This document shows, one piece after another, positions 39,075-53,532 of a stretch of DNA of 64,000 nt. Both the position numbers and the translations under genes were made by a program. The DNA is taken from NCBI RefSeq assembly GCF_006345805.1, contig NC_042997.1:47926001-47990000 (forward strand), in the 5' to 3' direction. Position 1 is the first letter of the stretch, and every line of letters starts with the position of its first letter. The stretch comes from Octopus sinensis. Lineage: Eukaryota. The notes beneath the pieces were generated by a model. The model did not search any database, was not told the DNA's origin, and worked only from the letters and a program-made list of their open reading frames with translations.

Positions 39075-39381
39075 GTCGCCCATTTCAAGCCTATCCAGGC
39101 TCATGGGCCCGGTTTCTCCGTTTCTGTGGCGTATGTTTTCTCCCCCCCCCCCCCCACCAGCTGGACGGGACGCCAGTCCATCGCAGCGTTACTCAAGAAA
39201 CAGGAAGAGGGAGTGAGAGAATGTTGTGGTGAAAGAGTACTACAGGGGTCGTCACCACCCCCTACCGGAGCCTCGTGATGCTCTTTAGGTGTTTTTGCTC
39301 AATAAACACACACAACGCCCGGTCTAGGGATCGAAACTGCGATCCTCCGACCGTGAGTCCGTTACCCTAACCACTTGACCA
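39075..39381 (-). mobile_element. tRNA-derived SINE (family B)
   Basis: Minus-strand tRNA-like head; shares body with 12122-12427 and tail with 59560-59660. Confidence 0.8.
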
Positions 39382-40042
39382 TATGTATATATACATACTC
39401 ATATTTTGGAAGAATAATGAATTACAGATATGTTTATATCACAAATTTATTAATAACTGCATCGAGTGACACCAAAGTATATTTCTTTCTAGTCCACAGC
39501 TATACACATTAATGATTCGCAAACCTAACTTCAAAAATAACAAACAAAATTTTAATTGACTTTCAGATATTCAAACGTGTATTTTTTTCAATTTAAGGAA
39601 TCTCACTTCGCTTTTAATAAATGTGGCTCTGATAAAATCTGAGTACATGCTTTTCATAATATTTAATTTCTTTTTTCTCAAAACCATTTCTACTACCAGA
39701 TGAGAAGCAAATATACGCATTGAACTAATAGATATACAGCGATATTCAAATCATATAAATGTGTACATATAGGATCGGTTCGTCGCGTCAGACGTGCTAA
39801 TATCAAAGCTCAAAAGAGTATATGGAAAGTTCGAAGGGAGAAATCGAAATGAAAATCCAAATGTAAAGATTATCGTATACATCGTACGGCCATCTCTGGA
39901 ATACATACACACACACAAACACACACACACAACAACACACACACACACAAACACACTCACACACACACATATGTATATATAAATATATATATATATATAT
40001 TTTACTACGGATTGCTTGAAGATAACTTCAATCTCTGGATCT

Positions 40043-40090
<48 letters not shown>

Positions 40091-40310
40091 TATACATACG
40101 TATGTATATGTATGTATGTATATATGTATGTTTATATATATGTGTGTATGTGTGTATGTGTGTATGTGTGTGTGTTTGTGTGCATGTGTGCGTGTCTCAA
40201 CCCATATTTCGGAAGCGAGATTCTTAACTACACAACCTCGTTTAAACATACATACATACATATATATTGTACTAAGAAATGTAAACATAAATAGATATCT
40301 ATATGTGTGT

Positions 40311-40522
40311 GGCAGACCGTTAGCACGCCGGGCGAAATGCGTAGCCGTATTTCGTCCGCCGCTACGTTCTGAGTTCAAATTCCGTCGAGATCGACTTTGC
40401 CTTTCATCCTTTCGCGGTCGATAAATTAAGTACTAGTTACGAACTGGGGTCGATGTAATCGACTTAATCCGTTTGTCTGTCCGTGTTAGTCCCCTCTATG
40501 TTTAGCCCCTTGTGGGTAATAA
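40311..40522 (+). mobile_element. SINE family A
   Basis: Highly similar to 38184-38412. Confidence 0.9.
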
Positions 40523-41665
40523 ACATATATATATATATATATATATATACAGTGCATGCACACACACATTCACATGAAAAATAGAATGCGCGTTTAGGGG
40601 AGAGAGAATACGTGCGTGAGAGATGACGAATAGGAACGTGTATTTGGATAGAGATACATGTGTATGGTAAAATACAAAGGCTTAACGTGTGTGAAAGTGT
40701 GCTTGACGTAGTATGTTATGAATACTATAGCGAATATTCAACGGGCTTTATTCGTTTAACGGAGAGAATTGTATGTGTGTTATTGTGTATAACCCTGTGT
40801 GGGGGTGATTATTTTAGATTTAAATTTACGTGCGTTTCTGAAAATCGATCTCTGCGACTGTTTGAGAATTACTGATCATATGTTTTCCTGTTTGATTTAT
40901 TTTTCATCTTTTCAAAATTATTTAAGATATAAAAATATACATAATTTAAAACGGAGAATGTTCATTCTAAATTTTAATGATGTGTATACAATTTCTCATA
41001 AGTGGTGTTTACTTCTCGTATACTCATATTTCTTTTTTATTTCTTCTTTTTTTTTCTAAAGCAATCTTTGTCACATAACTTGTTCCTTCTCAAATTCTTT
41101 CTGAAACATAATTAGTTTATATCAACAAATATAATTCTACCTAAATCAATATTTACGCATATGAAGTTTATCCCAAGACAATCCCAGATCAGAATTCAAT
41201 TATCTCGATAAATAGAATTGTTTTGAATTACTTTTAAGAACAAATGTATGTATGCTTATGGACATTTCCGATTGGCGATGAGAAAATAATTTCAGATTAT
41301 CCAGAATTTCGCCAGTAACAATATTTATTCTTCGTCGATGACTTAGAGCTAATTATTGTAAATCTATAGACACTTTTATGGGAATGTAGAGAAAATATAT
41401 TCTTACTGTGATTTTTTACAGACGAGTACAACCAATGTTGAGCGATAAGGATAAATCCATGAAATGAAGCTGAAGCTATAATCAATACATACTGTTTATA
41501 AAGAGACATGAATTTCATACATTTGCTCACACTTTTATCTTCTTGAAAGGTATCATGAAAGACACACGTATGTGCATTTATAGGTAGCAATGGATTTCAT
41601 AAATTTACTCATATTTTTTACTCTTACATACACTCTCATGCAAAAACATTTACGCTATTTTCACG

Positions 41666-41708
<43 letters not shown>

Positions 41709-43091
41709 CTCTCATTCTCTTCGTCTCGTACATCCCCTTAGACATGACCAACTTTCCAAATGTTACCTCTGACTAAACACTCTTTGAAGCACATACACGT
41801 TTGATTTCTCTCTCTAACTCATCTATCTGTATCTGCATGTCAATTCATAATCGTGTATCTTATAAATGAATACAAAGAATACGAATTTGCAGTCGGAAGT
41901 TCTGCCATATCTTACAATAGTTAGAAAGCTAGGGGAACTATTCAGCTTCCTCAAAGTACTAATCTATCGAGCGTTTTTCGAGAGCATCTAACAGCTGCTG
42001 AACTGTGAATGAATTGCAAAAGTAAGCTTCTGTAATTCCGATATCACAACGTTCATAGACCACAATATTTTCGTACTGAGACTAAGATGTTTCCTTTTGA
42101 TGAGTAATATTTCAAGAATAACTAGATATTTAACTGCCAAAAATATTCAGTCTGATTTTGTTATAGAAAAATACTAATATTCTCTATCAAGTCATTCATT
42201 AACATACTTCGAGATTTATCTATGGTACCGTCTCTAGCTTATTCCCTTACAGCACAAGATCCTGAGTTCATCTTGAGTAGTTCACTAAATATCATTACCC
42301 GATAGGCCAGCCCCAAAAAACTCATCCCTCTTATTTCCACAGCCTTTATTAAGTCACCCCGTAAAGATTCCCCACACAAACTCCATACGTTGCATTTGTG
42401 AAAGAGATATAAGTCAATGTATACGTGCTGTTTTAAATGACTCACTAGGTCTGTACATTTAATAAGAAAAAATGTTTTTTTCTGTATGAATAAATGTGCA
42501 AGAGAATAAATATTTGTTATGTCATGAGAAGACATCGCAAACAGTTCTTAAAAGTTGCAAATCAGATTGAAATCATGTGAATACTGGAAATGACTATAGA
42601 AATTATTCACCTAATGTTTGGTGTTCTCATTGTTCATAAATATAATTAATTAACTTGAGTTAAAATTTCTGAATGGAAGCAGTATTTCTAACCGGATACA
42701 TTATGTGAGAGGAGATAGAACACATAATTGCGTCAACAAAGGCTAAGAAGAGCATGAAGTGGTGAATGAATAAAAGAACGTGGTTAAAAAGTTATTAGAA
42801 AAAGATGTATGAATTATACTAAATAAGGAAATTTGAATCTTCTATATGGATGCTTTACTAATAACGGGTATAGAGTTGTTTAAAATGAGATAGATAGATA
42901 GATAGATAGATAGATACATACATACATACATACATACATGAATGGATGGGTAAATAGATAGATATACATATATTTAGATATATATATATGTATACGTTTA
43001 TATGTATATTTATACACATATATTTATACACACATATACACGTTTGTGTGTTTGTGTGCGTGGTTGCGTGTGTGTGTATGTGTGTGGGTGC

Positions 43092-43140
<49 letters not shown>

Positions 43141-43696
43141 GTTGCGTATGTATACAGAACAAGTGCTTTGAAGTTTTTCGTAATTATATTACTATGTTAG
43201 TAGAACATTCATTATTACCATCGAAAGTTGAGTTCTAATAACAATTGCTCTCACATCTTTCCTAAGACATTTCACTAAGACAATCAATATGACCTTGCCG
43301 CATAGTATAGTATTTGACGTATGTATAGGCTTATATATCGATGCCTTTACACCGAAACAGACTCATGAACGATAGCGACCTTTAAAAAAATCAATTTCAT
43401 TCGCGGCTAAAGAATACTTTAGGTGATATTGCAAAGAAGGTGAGGAAGTAACTTTTTGTGAAGACAGGGATATCAGCTAGAAAAAGTAATAAAACGAATA
43501 TTCTTCAAGTTCAGCCCAGCAGTGGAAGTTTAATCCAAACAAAATAGAGAAATCATATACGCCAGTCCTGACTTGATTAACCTCCCAAATATAATACTAC
43601 TTTCCATAGCAATAGCAGGCAGAAGGCTGAGATGCCTTATATGTGAGTATTAAAACATCTAAATGTTTTCTTCTCACTACGAAAGAAAACTAAGAT

Positions 43697-44700
43697 GTAG
43701 GGAGGCTCCATTTGCTGCCGATCAGCTCATCCTAAGAGCAACATCAGTAGAAATAGCAGCAGCATCTCTAACGCCAAGAGGTAGAGTAGCAGTACCAAGG
43801 CCGGCGTTATCAAAAGCAGCAGCAACAGCCGTTCAAGAATTTGGACCTGGAGATCTCCATTTCCAGCGACTTCGAGGGCCACCACCCAGTGGTGTCGGGC
43901 GTCATCGAAGAGCCCTCGACTACAACAAGACGACCAAAGTTGTTTTTTTTTCCAATGTCTGGGGTCTCCCGCCCCTAAGCCCTAGACCATCACCTAATCA
44001 CCCTTACCCGTCTTGTTGCTTAACAACAACAAGAACAACAACAGCAACAACACCAAAAGAAACAGTAGAATCATACACACACATGCACACACTCACAACA
44101 CACACACATACACACGCACGCCCACAAACATCAGCAAACACCAACACTACAAGGCAGGAGAAAGATACTATCAACACCAACGCAACTCAAATGGACCCAA
44201 CCCTTACTATTCAATCAGACTACATACACAGATATATTCAATTGCGCAAAAATCACTAACTGCAGCAACAAATCTCCCGCGAGAAAATCTAAGGGAAATA
44301 ATCCTCAGAATAGCTGCTTGTGAAAGGTAAGAGTAGAACCTGGGAAAGCTAAAACTTACCAGTCATAAATGAACAACTTATAAGAGGAGACATAGCAACG
44401 AATAAACCCCACACTTCAACACCGATGCAACCAAAAACACCAGCAACGTTAGAAATGCAAACAACAATATAAACAACACAAGGGGAAGCACAAGCCAGTT
44501 CTCTCCAACATGATCAGCACCCCGAACAAACAAAAGGCATCACCAGCTATATGGTCAGAGACACAAGCAACGTGGACGTAAAACATCAATACCCAAACGT
44601 TACACACAATGAACAAATCATACCACAATATAACAAGCCAACTCATTGAGAAATTATAGAAGTAACGATATAATCTATAAGAAAATGAAAGCAAATTATT
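43697..44700 (+). mobile_element. Possible 5' UTR/ORF1 remnant of a non-LTR retrotransposon
   Basis: Abrupt switch to a GC-richer 5' part, then a strongly A/C-skewed strand with broken ORFs. No diagnostic motif recognised. Confidence 0.3.
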
Positions 44701-44739
44701 TCAAGGAGCGGGAAGTCTCCAAGAGATTATAAAGGTCCC

Positions 44740-45555
44740 AAATTTTGTCAACTTGACAGCAATTTTAGAGGTGGAGTAAATCGATTTCATTAACCCAAGT
44801 GCTCATACATTGGCCCTAATGCTCACGTGATATTGCTTTTAATGACCTGAAAGGACGAAAGATAAACTTGATTACAGCGGAATTTCAACTCAGAACTTAA
44901 AGATCAAGAAGAATTTCATCAGGCTAGTTCCCGAGTCTACAAGCTTGTTGACCGTCCAACGGATTATAAATTCTCTGTGCCAAGTCAGCAGAATCGTTAT
45001 CACGTCGAACATGCTTGACGACATTTTGTCCGGCTCTACATTCAGGGTTTTAAATTCGTGCTCCTCCTCCTCCTCATCATCATCGTCGTTATCGTCGTTG
45101 TTTTAAATTCGGTCGACTATGCCTTTCATCCTTTCGGGTTCAATAAAATAAGTATCAGTCGAGTACTGCTGTTCATATATTCTACTTCTTTCATGTATTC
45201 TGCTTCTTTGAATTATAGGCGGCCAGTGTCTGCATCTGTATGGTGGGCTCCATGCATCGTTATGAGAATTTTTGACTTCCTGTCAATCTCCGTTAGATTC
45301 TCTTGCGTCCACTTCAGGTTTCGAGTGCCATAGCGAACAACTACGACTGCGCGCGAGTTTATTGCCGAAAGTATGATTATTTCATTCAAATTTGAAGCCA
45401 ATATTTTTGTCACTCGCCGAAAGTACCCTCTTTTTGTCTTTTCCTTCATGTCGTTGTGTTTAATTCATTAAAGTACCATTTGAGTACTGAGGTCGATGTG
45501 ATCAACTGTGCCCCTCCCTAGAAAATCCAGGTCTCCTGTCTATAGTAGAAAGGAT
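44740..45555. mobile_element. Two SINE family A copies (minus 44740-44945; plus 44985-45555, interrupted)
   Basis: Core gcctttcatcctttcgggttcaataaaataagta at 45121; the tail resumes at 45471. Confidence 0.7.
45169..45470 (-). mobile_element. Internal R4/Dong-like RT fragment
   Basis: ORF 45213-45449 YFRRVTKILASNLN...AINSRAV...YG...KWTQENLTEIDRKS...HGAHH. Confidence 0.75.
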
Positions 45556-45557
45556 TA

Positions 45558-45618
<61 letters not shown>

Positions 45619-46083
45619 CATCTTTCAATTCTGTTTCCATTTCTTGCCGAGTGTCTTCTTAACATCTAGGGCAGTGAAACGTACTGTATACATTGGCTGG
45701 CCATTAAAATAAAAACAACGGCTTGTTCATTTAGAAAGTCATGTGATACAGAAGAGGGGGAAGAAAGAGAAAACGATGAAAATAAAAAAGAAAATAAACA
45801 AAGAAAATAAAGGGGAACATTTTTTGCTCTTCTTCATAACAGGATGAAGCTTCTCACGTCTTACATGGTTTTCAACGAACTTTAGCATCCAGTCCTTAGT
45901 TGCTTCAAGATATTTTGCCAGTCCAGTTGTGGTGGTTTTGCAAGAGATGCCGCAGTTGATATTCATATTTTTGTGGTTAGTATTCCATTAGAGTTGTATA
46001 TTTGCAGATTCGTATTCCACATGACATGTTGTGCTTCAGGAAGCTTGAAATCACAGAAGAAATTTTGAAGATATTCAGCGATT

Positions 46084-46135
<52 letters not shown>

Positions 46136-46165
46136 CTATCATTATTATTATTATTATTATTATTA

Positions 46166-46196
<31 letters not shown>

Positions 46197-46203
<7 letters not shown>

Positions 46204-46500
46204 TCCGCCTTAGCGAAGGTATTGTTTCAGTCGCGTTTGTTTGTCCGTGGACAATATATCTCAAGAACCGATAGATAGATTCGGATGAAACTTTCAGGGA
46301 TGTTTGACCTCGTGATTGGCACGAATTGATTAGATTTGGGTATCGATCCGGTACCGGACAAGGATTCTGGGTTATTTTTCTGTTTTTTTTTTTTACTTAC
46401 TTTTTGAGAGCGCTCGGGTTCAATTTTAGCATTTTCGTTTGTGACAACAGACGAGTTTATTTCAGATATTCTCATTTTAAAAATCATTTCTGGCTAATCC
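46197..46500 (+). mobile_element. Non-autonomous Helentron/HINE-like element, 3'-truncated
   Basis: Starts ttacctccgcc..aaggtattgttt, followed by gtttgtttgtccgt and gattcggatgaaactttcagg motifs I recall as typical of HINE-like elements. Confidence 0.6.
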
Positions 46501-46699
46501 TTGAGAGGATGCTGGTGTTGCCTTGTTGTTGATTTTATTATTGTTGTTGTTGTTGTTTTTCTTCTCGGAATATTTAGTCTTGTTTGCTCTGGTAGGTTCT
46601 GTGAGAGCAGACAGCAGTCTGCTGTCAGAGGTCTCTCTCATAAGGTCTCTTTCTGTCATTATAAGCATTGATACCTGGTTGTTAATTATTCAACATCCA

Positions 46700-47195
46700 C
46701 GTACCAATCCCAAAATCCTAGCTATCCCCAGCAGAGCAGTTTTGGGGCTTGCTTTGTTCTCATGTCAATCCCGATTACTCTGATATTATTGCCCCGAGTG
46801 CCCCTACAACAACTGGAATGACAAACACTCACCTCATAGTCCACATTCTTGCAACTTCGTCTTTTAGTAGTCTGTATTTTTATCACTTATGTGTGCATCG
46901 CCGGATATTGCAATATCTATAATCTTGATTTCGGCTGGAAATCTCCATTTTTCCTATACCTAGCACAATATCTGGTCTCCGAGCATAGATTAGGGAGTCA
47001 TATTGGATTGTAAAATCCCACAGTACCTTATACTCCCTGTTTTTGGAGACTCGTTCTGGTTCATGTTCGTACCATTTCTTGTTCAGGCCGTACTTTTTAC
47101 GCAGCTTCCAGTGGACGGACTAACCCTCGTTACCGTGCCTCGATTTATATTGTTTTGGGGCCAGCTTGCTACACTCACTCACAATATGTGAGATT
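46700..47195 (-). mobile_element. R4/Dong-like LINE 3' fragment (CCHC end plus RLE)
   Basis: Minus strand TISHIVSECSKLAPKQYKSRH, LWDFTIQ...ARRPDIV and IPVVVGALG. Confidence 0.8.
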
Positions 47196-48285
47196 GTTTG
47201 TTTGTTTGTTTGGTTTTTTGGCCTTCTTCTTCTTCTTCTTCTTCTTCTTCTTCTTCTTCTTCTTCTTTTCTTCTTCTTCTTCTTCTTCTTCTTTCTTCTC
47301 CTTCTTTTTCTTCTTCTCGTCGTCGTCGTCGGCGTCGTTGTTGTTTTTGTTGTTGTTATTATTGGCCTATTCCAAATCATAAATCATTGTAAATACCAAA
47401 GAGATGATAAAGCAAGACCCAACCAACTTTTTACTGAAATATTCCTAGAAGAAAACATAATACCCGTTTCTGAAATTTAATTTACTACTTGCCGACAGAA
47501 CGTCATAATTTAAATTGTCAATTTTACTTTTCCAGCCGAAAGAAAGACGCCATACACGAATATTATCATAGTGTAATACGAATCTGTTAGATACTTTTCC
47601 TGCTTATTATTTGCAGTATATATGTGATTACGTATGATATGCTTCTTATAATATTGATTCTTATTGGCAAAACAACAATAATCAATATTTTTGAGTACCA
47701 TAGGAAATTATTTACGGTGCACTGATCTGACGCTTCTTTAGGTTTTATTTTTTTATTAATTCATTTTCAATTCTGCGGAAGTCACCGGCTGCTTTGATTA
47801 TACCACCTTCATTGACTGGTCCTTAGAAATAAATGAAGTTATCTTTATTATTATTGTTGTTGCCATTGTTGTTGTTGTTGTTGTTGTTATTGTTGTTGTT
47901 GTATGTTGTTGTTGTTGTTGTTGATGCAGCGAGCTTGCAGAAGCGTTAGCTTCTATTTATCTGTCTAAACTGTCCTCAATTTCAATACAAACATCTACGA
48001 AAGTAAGTCCTCTTCCTCTATTCATTACTACATATCTTGCGGCGAGTATCAAAATATTTTCTTTGCTTGTAGTGTATTTTAGGCATTTTTCCTTTATAGG
48101 TTTTGTTTTGAAACTATTGATAATATGCAACAAAAGTTTTGTGTTTAAAATCTCATCGTATTCTCATCAATATATTTTCGGTACAATTTTCGCAGAATCT
48201 TGTTGCATTTTCCAGAACTTTTATCTAAACAGTGTACTTTTTCTTCATGTAACCTTGTTACTTGCGCATTTTAATTATTATTTCA

Positions 48286-48600
48286 TCAGTCGTTTGAAGT
48301 AATTCTAATTCGTCTGCGACTACTTTTTGTGACTTTAGCAGCCTCTTTCACTACTTCCTCTTCAGGTTGATTTCCAGCTTTTATTCTGATTTCCTCAATT
48401 TCAATTTCAGTCAGCCATTTATTAGTTCTAATTGCTCTAACCTGATCAGCTAACCTTTGTCCAGTGACCTTGATAAGACCTTTTCCCTCACATATTAGTT
48501 TCATCCTGTGTCTGTAACCCCTTCTGCTTGGTTCACTTCTAATACAATACTTCAAGACAATTTATTGATCGTCTTTTTTCCATTTCAACTATAACCATTC
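48286..48600 (-). mobile_element. R4/Dong-like LINE N-terminal ORF fragment
   Basis: ORF 48286-48555 SEPSRRGYRHRM...QRLADQVRAIRTNKWLTEIEIEEIR matches the N-terminal motif I recall for these elements. Confidence 0.65.
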
Positions 48601-49097
48601 TGACCAGAAGTTTGACGATCAACTGCAGAAACCTTCCCTACCTCTCCTTATCCACATGTCACTATTTCAAACCCCATTTACAGTTTCAGTTGTATTCAAC
48701 ATCTATTTTTCGATTACATAGCTTTTTTTCTCGTAGTGATTTTAACGAGGCACCATCACTTGGAAGAATGTTTGCCCACGTCTCAAGATCACATCCTACC
48801 ATATAATGACTATTACTCCTTGCTGGACATCAAACCGCTACTTTTTAAATATCATATATTACTTTCATTATAGACCTCTCCCTGCCATTAAAAGATTACC
48901 TTCACCACGGCTTTGGTATCCGTTAGTTGTGCATTTATTGATTTCACTTAATACACCCACTTAGCGACAGGTTTCGTTTTAGGCCTCAGGACACTAAAAC
49001 CTGTCACCGTAAGACCATCACTACCTCTTTGCTAAACAACTTTGGTAACGTTGGTGAATTAGTCAACCACGGCCCGACTATGCGACAGATTTTTTTA

Positions 49098-49460
49098 AGG
49101 CGGTGAGCTGGCTGAATCGTTAGCACGCCAGGCAAAATACTTCTCGGAATGTCGTCTGTCTCTACGTGCTCTAAGTTCAAATTGAGCTTGGGGCGACTTC
49201 GCCATTCAATCCCATCGGAGTCGATAAAATAAATATCAATCGAGAATGTGTATCTGTTTCTATGTGTGCATGGCAAAAACTCGAGAATTGCCCAACCGAT
49301 TTCATTCAAATTTTACACATACCTTACTTCGGATTCATGCAGGGTCAAAAAGATTTTCAACTTTTTGCCTAATGCGAGTTCGGAGCAATCTCTTATCTCT
49401 TACATTATTTCAGTATTATGTGCCAAAAGTGAAAGATGCTTTCAGTTTAATACTATTATC
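49098..49460 (+). mobile_element. SINE family A fragment (49098-49235) followed by a Helitron-like non-autonomous fragment
   Basis: ggcggtgagctggctgaatcgttagcacgcc...; then a caaccgatttcattcaaattttacac motif. Confidence 0.55.
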
Positions 49461-49521
49461 TCACATATATACATGCATACACACACATGTATATATATAT
49501 ATGTATATATGTGTGTATATG

Positions 49522-49574
<53 letters not shown>

Positions 49575-49690
49575 GTGTATGTGTACATATACATGGTTCG
49601 TTTCATAAGCTTTTACACAGAAACCACAAAGCAGATGTGTCAATTCGTCCCACAAAATAGAAACATCGCCATATTTTAATCTATATCGAC

Positions 49691-49775
49691 TACCTCTGAT
49701 GAGAGCAGGGTTACATGATTGAATTGTTACCTGGCGTTCCATTATATCCCAAGTGCGAAACTGATTGGTAAGATA
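49691..49775 (+). ncRNA. Degenerate hammerhead ribozyme with long stem/loop II
   Basis: tacct-CTGATGA-g...gtgc-GAAA-ctgattgg-TA-agata. Stem III is consistent with a CpG-decayed palindrome ACCGATCGGT; GUA triplet. Confidence 0.6.
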
Positions 49776-49946
49776 CGCTCTAATTGATATATAATACTGT
49801 AAACCAGATAATATATATATGTATATATTTTTTTTCATGAAATAAAAGCAGCTCTAGTATAATAAATTTCATTAAATACATGTATGTATGCTTGTATATG
49901 TGCGTGTGTGTGTATAAACATATATATATAGATAGATGGATAAATC

Positions 49947-50026
<80 letters not shown>

Positions 50027-50414
50027 TAAATATATACACAAACACATAAATGTCTATATACAAACAAATATTTATGTTTCATTTATACATTTAAGTTTCC
50101 TTCTAGGCAAAGCAATGTTCCGAATTTTCTCGCAGATAAAATACTAAGCCGACGTTTTTCAAGGCCTTTCCCTGCCGACTCCTGTTGCGAATCGTACACC
50201 AACTAATATTTATTGAGTTCTTCCTCTTTCTCATATAGGTAGTAGTAGTAGTACGCACTATCCACTAAGTTGTCTTCTACCTTTCTCACTCTGTATATAC
50301 ACAGGAATATATATATATATATATATATATATAGATATATATATATATATATACATGCACACACACACACACACACACATACACACAGGGATATATGTGC
50401 GTGTATATTCTATG

Positions 50415-50472
<58 letters not shown>

Positions 50473-53400
50473 TCTGCGTGTTTGTGTTTTTGTGTGTGAG
50501 TTTGTGTGTCTGTGTGTCTTTATACATAAGCATTTATTTAGCAAACCATATTATATATACACAAACAGTCATATATTATTTCTATTTGTGAGTATGTGCG
50601 TGAGAGTGAGAGAGAGAAACAGAAAGAAAGACAGAGGCAGAGAACATGCAAGTGAAAGTATTCGATTTGATTTACCACTCTCCTGCGGAATGAACATGAA
50701 GTTATGAAATCACAAATCTTATCGATAAACCATTAATCATTAGATAAACCTAAGATAATAATGTCATGTTGAAAAGATCTTATGTTAAAGAAATGACTTC
50801 TTTACAAGGGAACAAATCTTGGCTTGACGCCTATTTCTGTGTAATGGCGACAACGTATAACGCTTCCATCGAATTATTATTCCAGTTCTTATGTTTTTAG
50901 TTTTTGTTTTTTAATATCTTATTTTCTCCCGTTTGTTACTCTCTTCCTCGCGTTAATTGCTGAGAGTTTGTTTGCATTCGAGAAATAACCAACTTCATTT
51001 TAATATTAAGAGTAATATTAATTTCGCTTTAATATTTCAGTTGTAGTTTTGTTTTTTTTTCAACTAGAATTTAGATTTCACCGAGGAAAAATATGATTAA
51101 AATGCCTGAGTCAAAAGAGTCCCTACTTAGGGCTATAGTCTGAAATGCATGGTTTTGATTATTGTATTTTTTTTTAAAATTAGTGTTAATGTGTAATTTC
51201 AGAGAAATTTAGTATTGCTCGTTGAACATTCGACTGCATAGAGACACTCTTATTGGCCTTAAAGTTAGACTTACTGGTAATTGTTGTTGTTCAACCATAA
51301 GTCACCTCTGAAGGAAGAGACATACGATCAAAGCCATTCCAGTTATAAACAACTCCTCTTTTTGTATTTCATGTAGCGAAATGTCCAAGTCTTGTGATAA
51401 TAACATGTGAATTGTGAAAGATTTAGTTTATATTTCTAGCTAAACTACCAACCATATAGACGCCCTTTTGTTACCTTGTGAGACCTACTGGCGTTAGTGA
51501 TAGCGGTAGAAGTGAAGGAGATATAATGATGCGGAAGAATTCTGTATATCAATTTACTTCACATGAAATCTGAATGATAGTAGTTGAATTAGAAGAAAAA
51601 AATGCGTCTTTCATAATTTGTAACATCGGCTTCCAATGTGCGTTAAAGTCTACCGTAATGTGTATATATGTCGGTTCTTCAAAAGAGTAACTTATATTTT
51701 AGTTACCTTTAACGGCAATAAAATTCAAACTGGAAGTTAGGAATCACATCATCATTGAGTTATTATATCCTGCAGCGTTTCATGATTGATTCAAACTTAA
51801 GGGATATATAATACTGAAAAATCTATATTATTATCTGTGATCATTCTGTTACTAAAATTTATTGAACATATAACGTGATATTTTAAATAATAAATGTTTT
51901 TCTTTTCATCATCGAAGAGTATATTTTTAACTCTGAGCAAGTTTTATCACTTAATATGTTAATAGCTTATTCCACAACACAGTAGTGTTTTTAAATAGAG
52001 AATGATATCATTTGTTCAGTGCATATTTTCCTTTTTTTATTCGTCTACCGCTACATGAAATTTTCCTAGGAATATTAGATTGTTCAATATTAGAGCTTAT
52101 CAATTCTGGCGTTATTATATTAACGACTTATCATCGAAAGTATACCTGACAACTTGAATCCTTATCTCAGTATCTCACTTATTGTCGAATTCACTATTCT
52201 TCCTTCATACCTAGCAAAACCTCCTTACCTATATAACCTCTTTTTTTAAATGCCTGTCTTGTTACTTGTATGTCAGCCAGAGTCCATTACGACTGATCGT
52301 GCTTTTGGACATGTACAACCGGTGCAGTCGTTTTCTATCTCGAACACGTGTATGAAAAATGGTTAAAAGAAAATTTTTTTTAGAATATTCTAGAAGTTTT
52401 AATTCTAAGAGGAGAGTAGAATGTTTACTGTAAGGCTTAGAAAGTCAGCACGGCAACAATAAAAGTGGGAGGGAAGTGTATGTAGGTCGAGTGGACCTAA
52501 GTATGTAGGCTATGCTGAAGATTTCGAAAAAGAAGACACCTTAGTAATCACGGTTGAAAGTACAAAGAAACAAAGGCTGAGCATCTGACTGCTATTGATT
52601 AGAATTCAATATTTAATTTGTCGTAATTCAATGCATTTCATTTGCGTGTCGCGTAAAAAAAACAAAGCGTGCAACAGCACAATCGTCGCAATTTAATGCT
52701 ATATAACTTGAAACCTACGTATAGCTCAAATCAAGAGCATTTTTACATTTATTTTAAGAAACTAAGTGAATTTGAGTCGGATTTTATCCCACATCAACTG
52801 CCCAAAATGTAATAAAAGTAAGATAAATATACATAAAGACTCTCACTATATACACAACTTTTCCATAATGGAGGAGCTTTTACATGGAGAATAGTTTATC
52901 AACAAAATTCCATAACAGTTTTGGAGGCACGAACTATCAAATCTAGCTAGTTATTAAGGCTTTGAACCCTAGCAAGAAGTGAACAAAAAAGAAAAGAAGA
53001 AAAGCGTGGGAGTGCTCTATGGTAATTATTGTGAGAAATGAAAGACAAAATGAATTATAGCGCCAAATTAATTTCTTTCCCATGATTTCTGAAGCTTAAA
53101 CACACTAAACTACTTTTAAAAGAATCATAAGGATACAGCTTATCCACTGGAAGCATTTTCTCTCTCACATCATTCTTGGGAATAGATTTGAAGAATATGC
53201 ATAGAAATTGTATATAAGAGCTTTGCGAAATCAAATTCATATTAACGATTTAATTAAACAAGCTGTACGAGGAAAATATAGAATTGAATGAAGAGATATT
53301 CTTTTTTTTGTATTTTTGTTATACTCAGCTTAGAAGACAAAGAAAAATTTCATTGTACTCACATATAACATAATTAGATTTCATTGTTTTAGCCTCAACA

Positions 53401-53489
53401 AGCGCTGTACTTACCTAAAAGAAAGAGACGAATAATAATGATAATAATGATTATAATAATAAGAAAGAAGAATGATAATAATAATAATG

Positions 53490-53524
<35 letters not shown>

Positions 53525-53532
53525 TATAATTA

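Noticed and set aside
43663-44259. 198-aa ORF as a host gene
   Set aside because: Low-complexity, runs through CA/CAA repeats and has no recognisable domain; more likely a retroelement remnant.
48963-49010. Minus-strand stem followed by GAAA (gttttag...ctaaaac-GAAA)
   Set aside because: No CUGANGA core or valid NUH triplet; explained as a simple hairpin.
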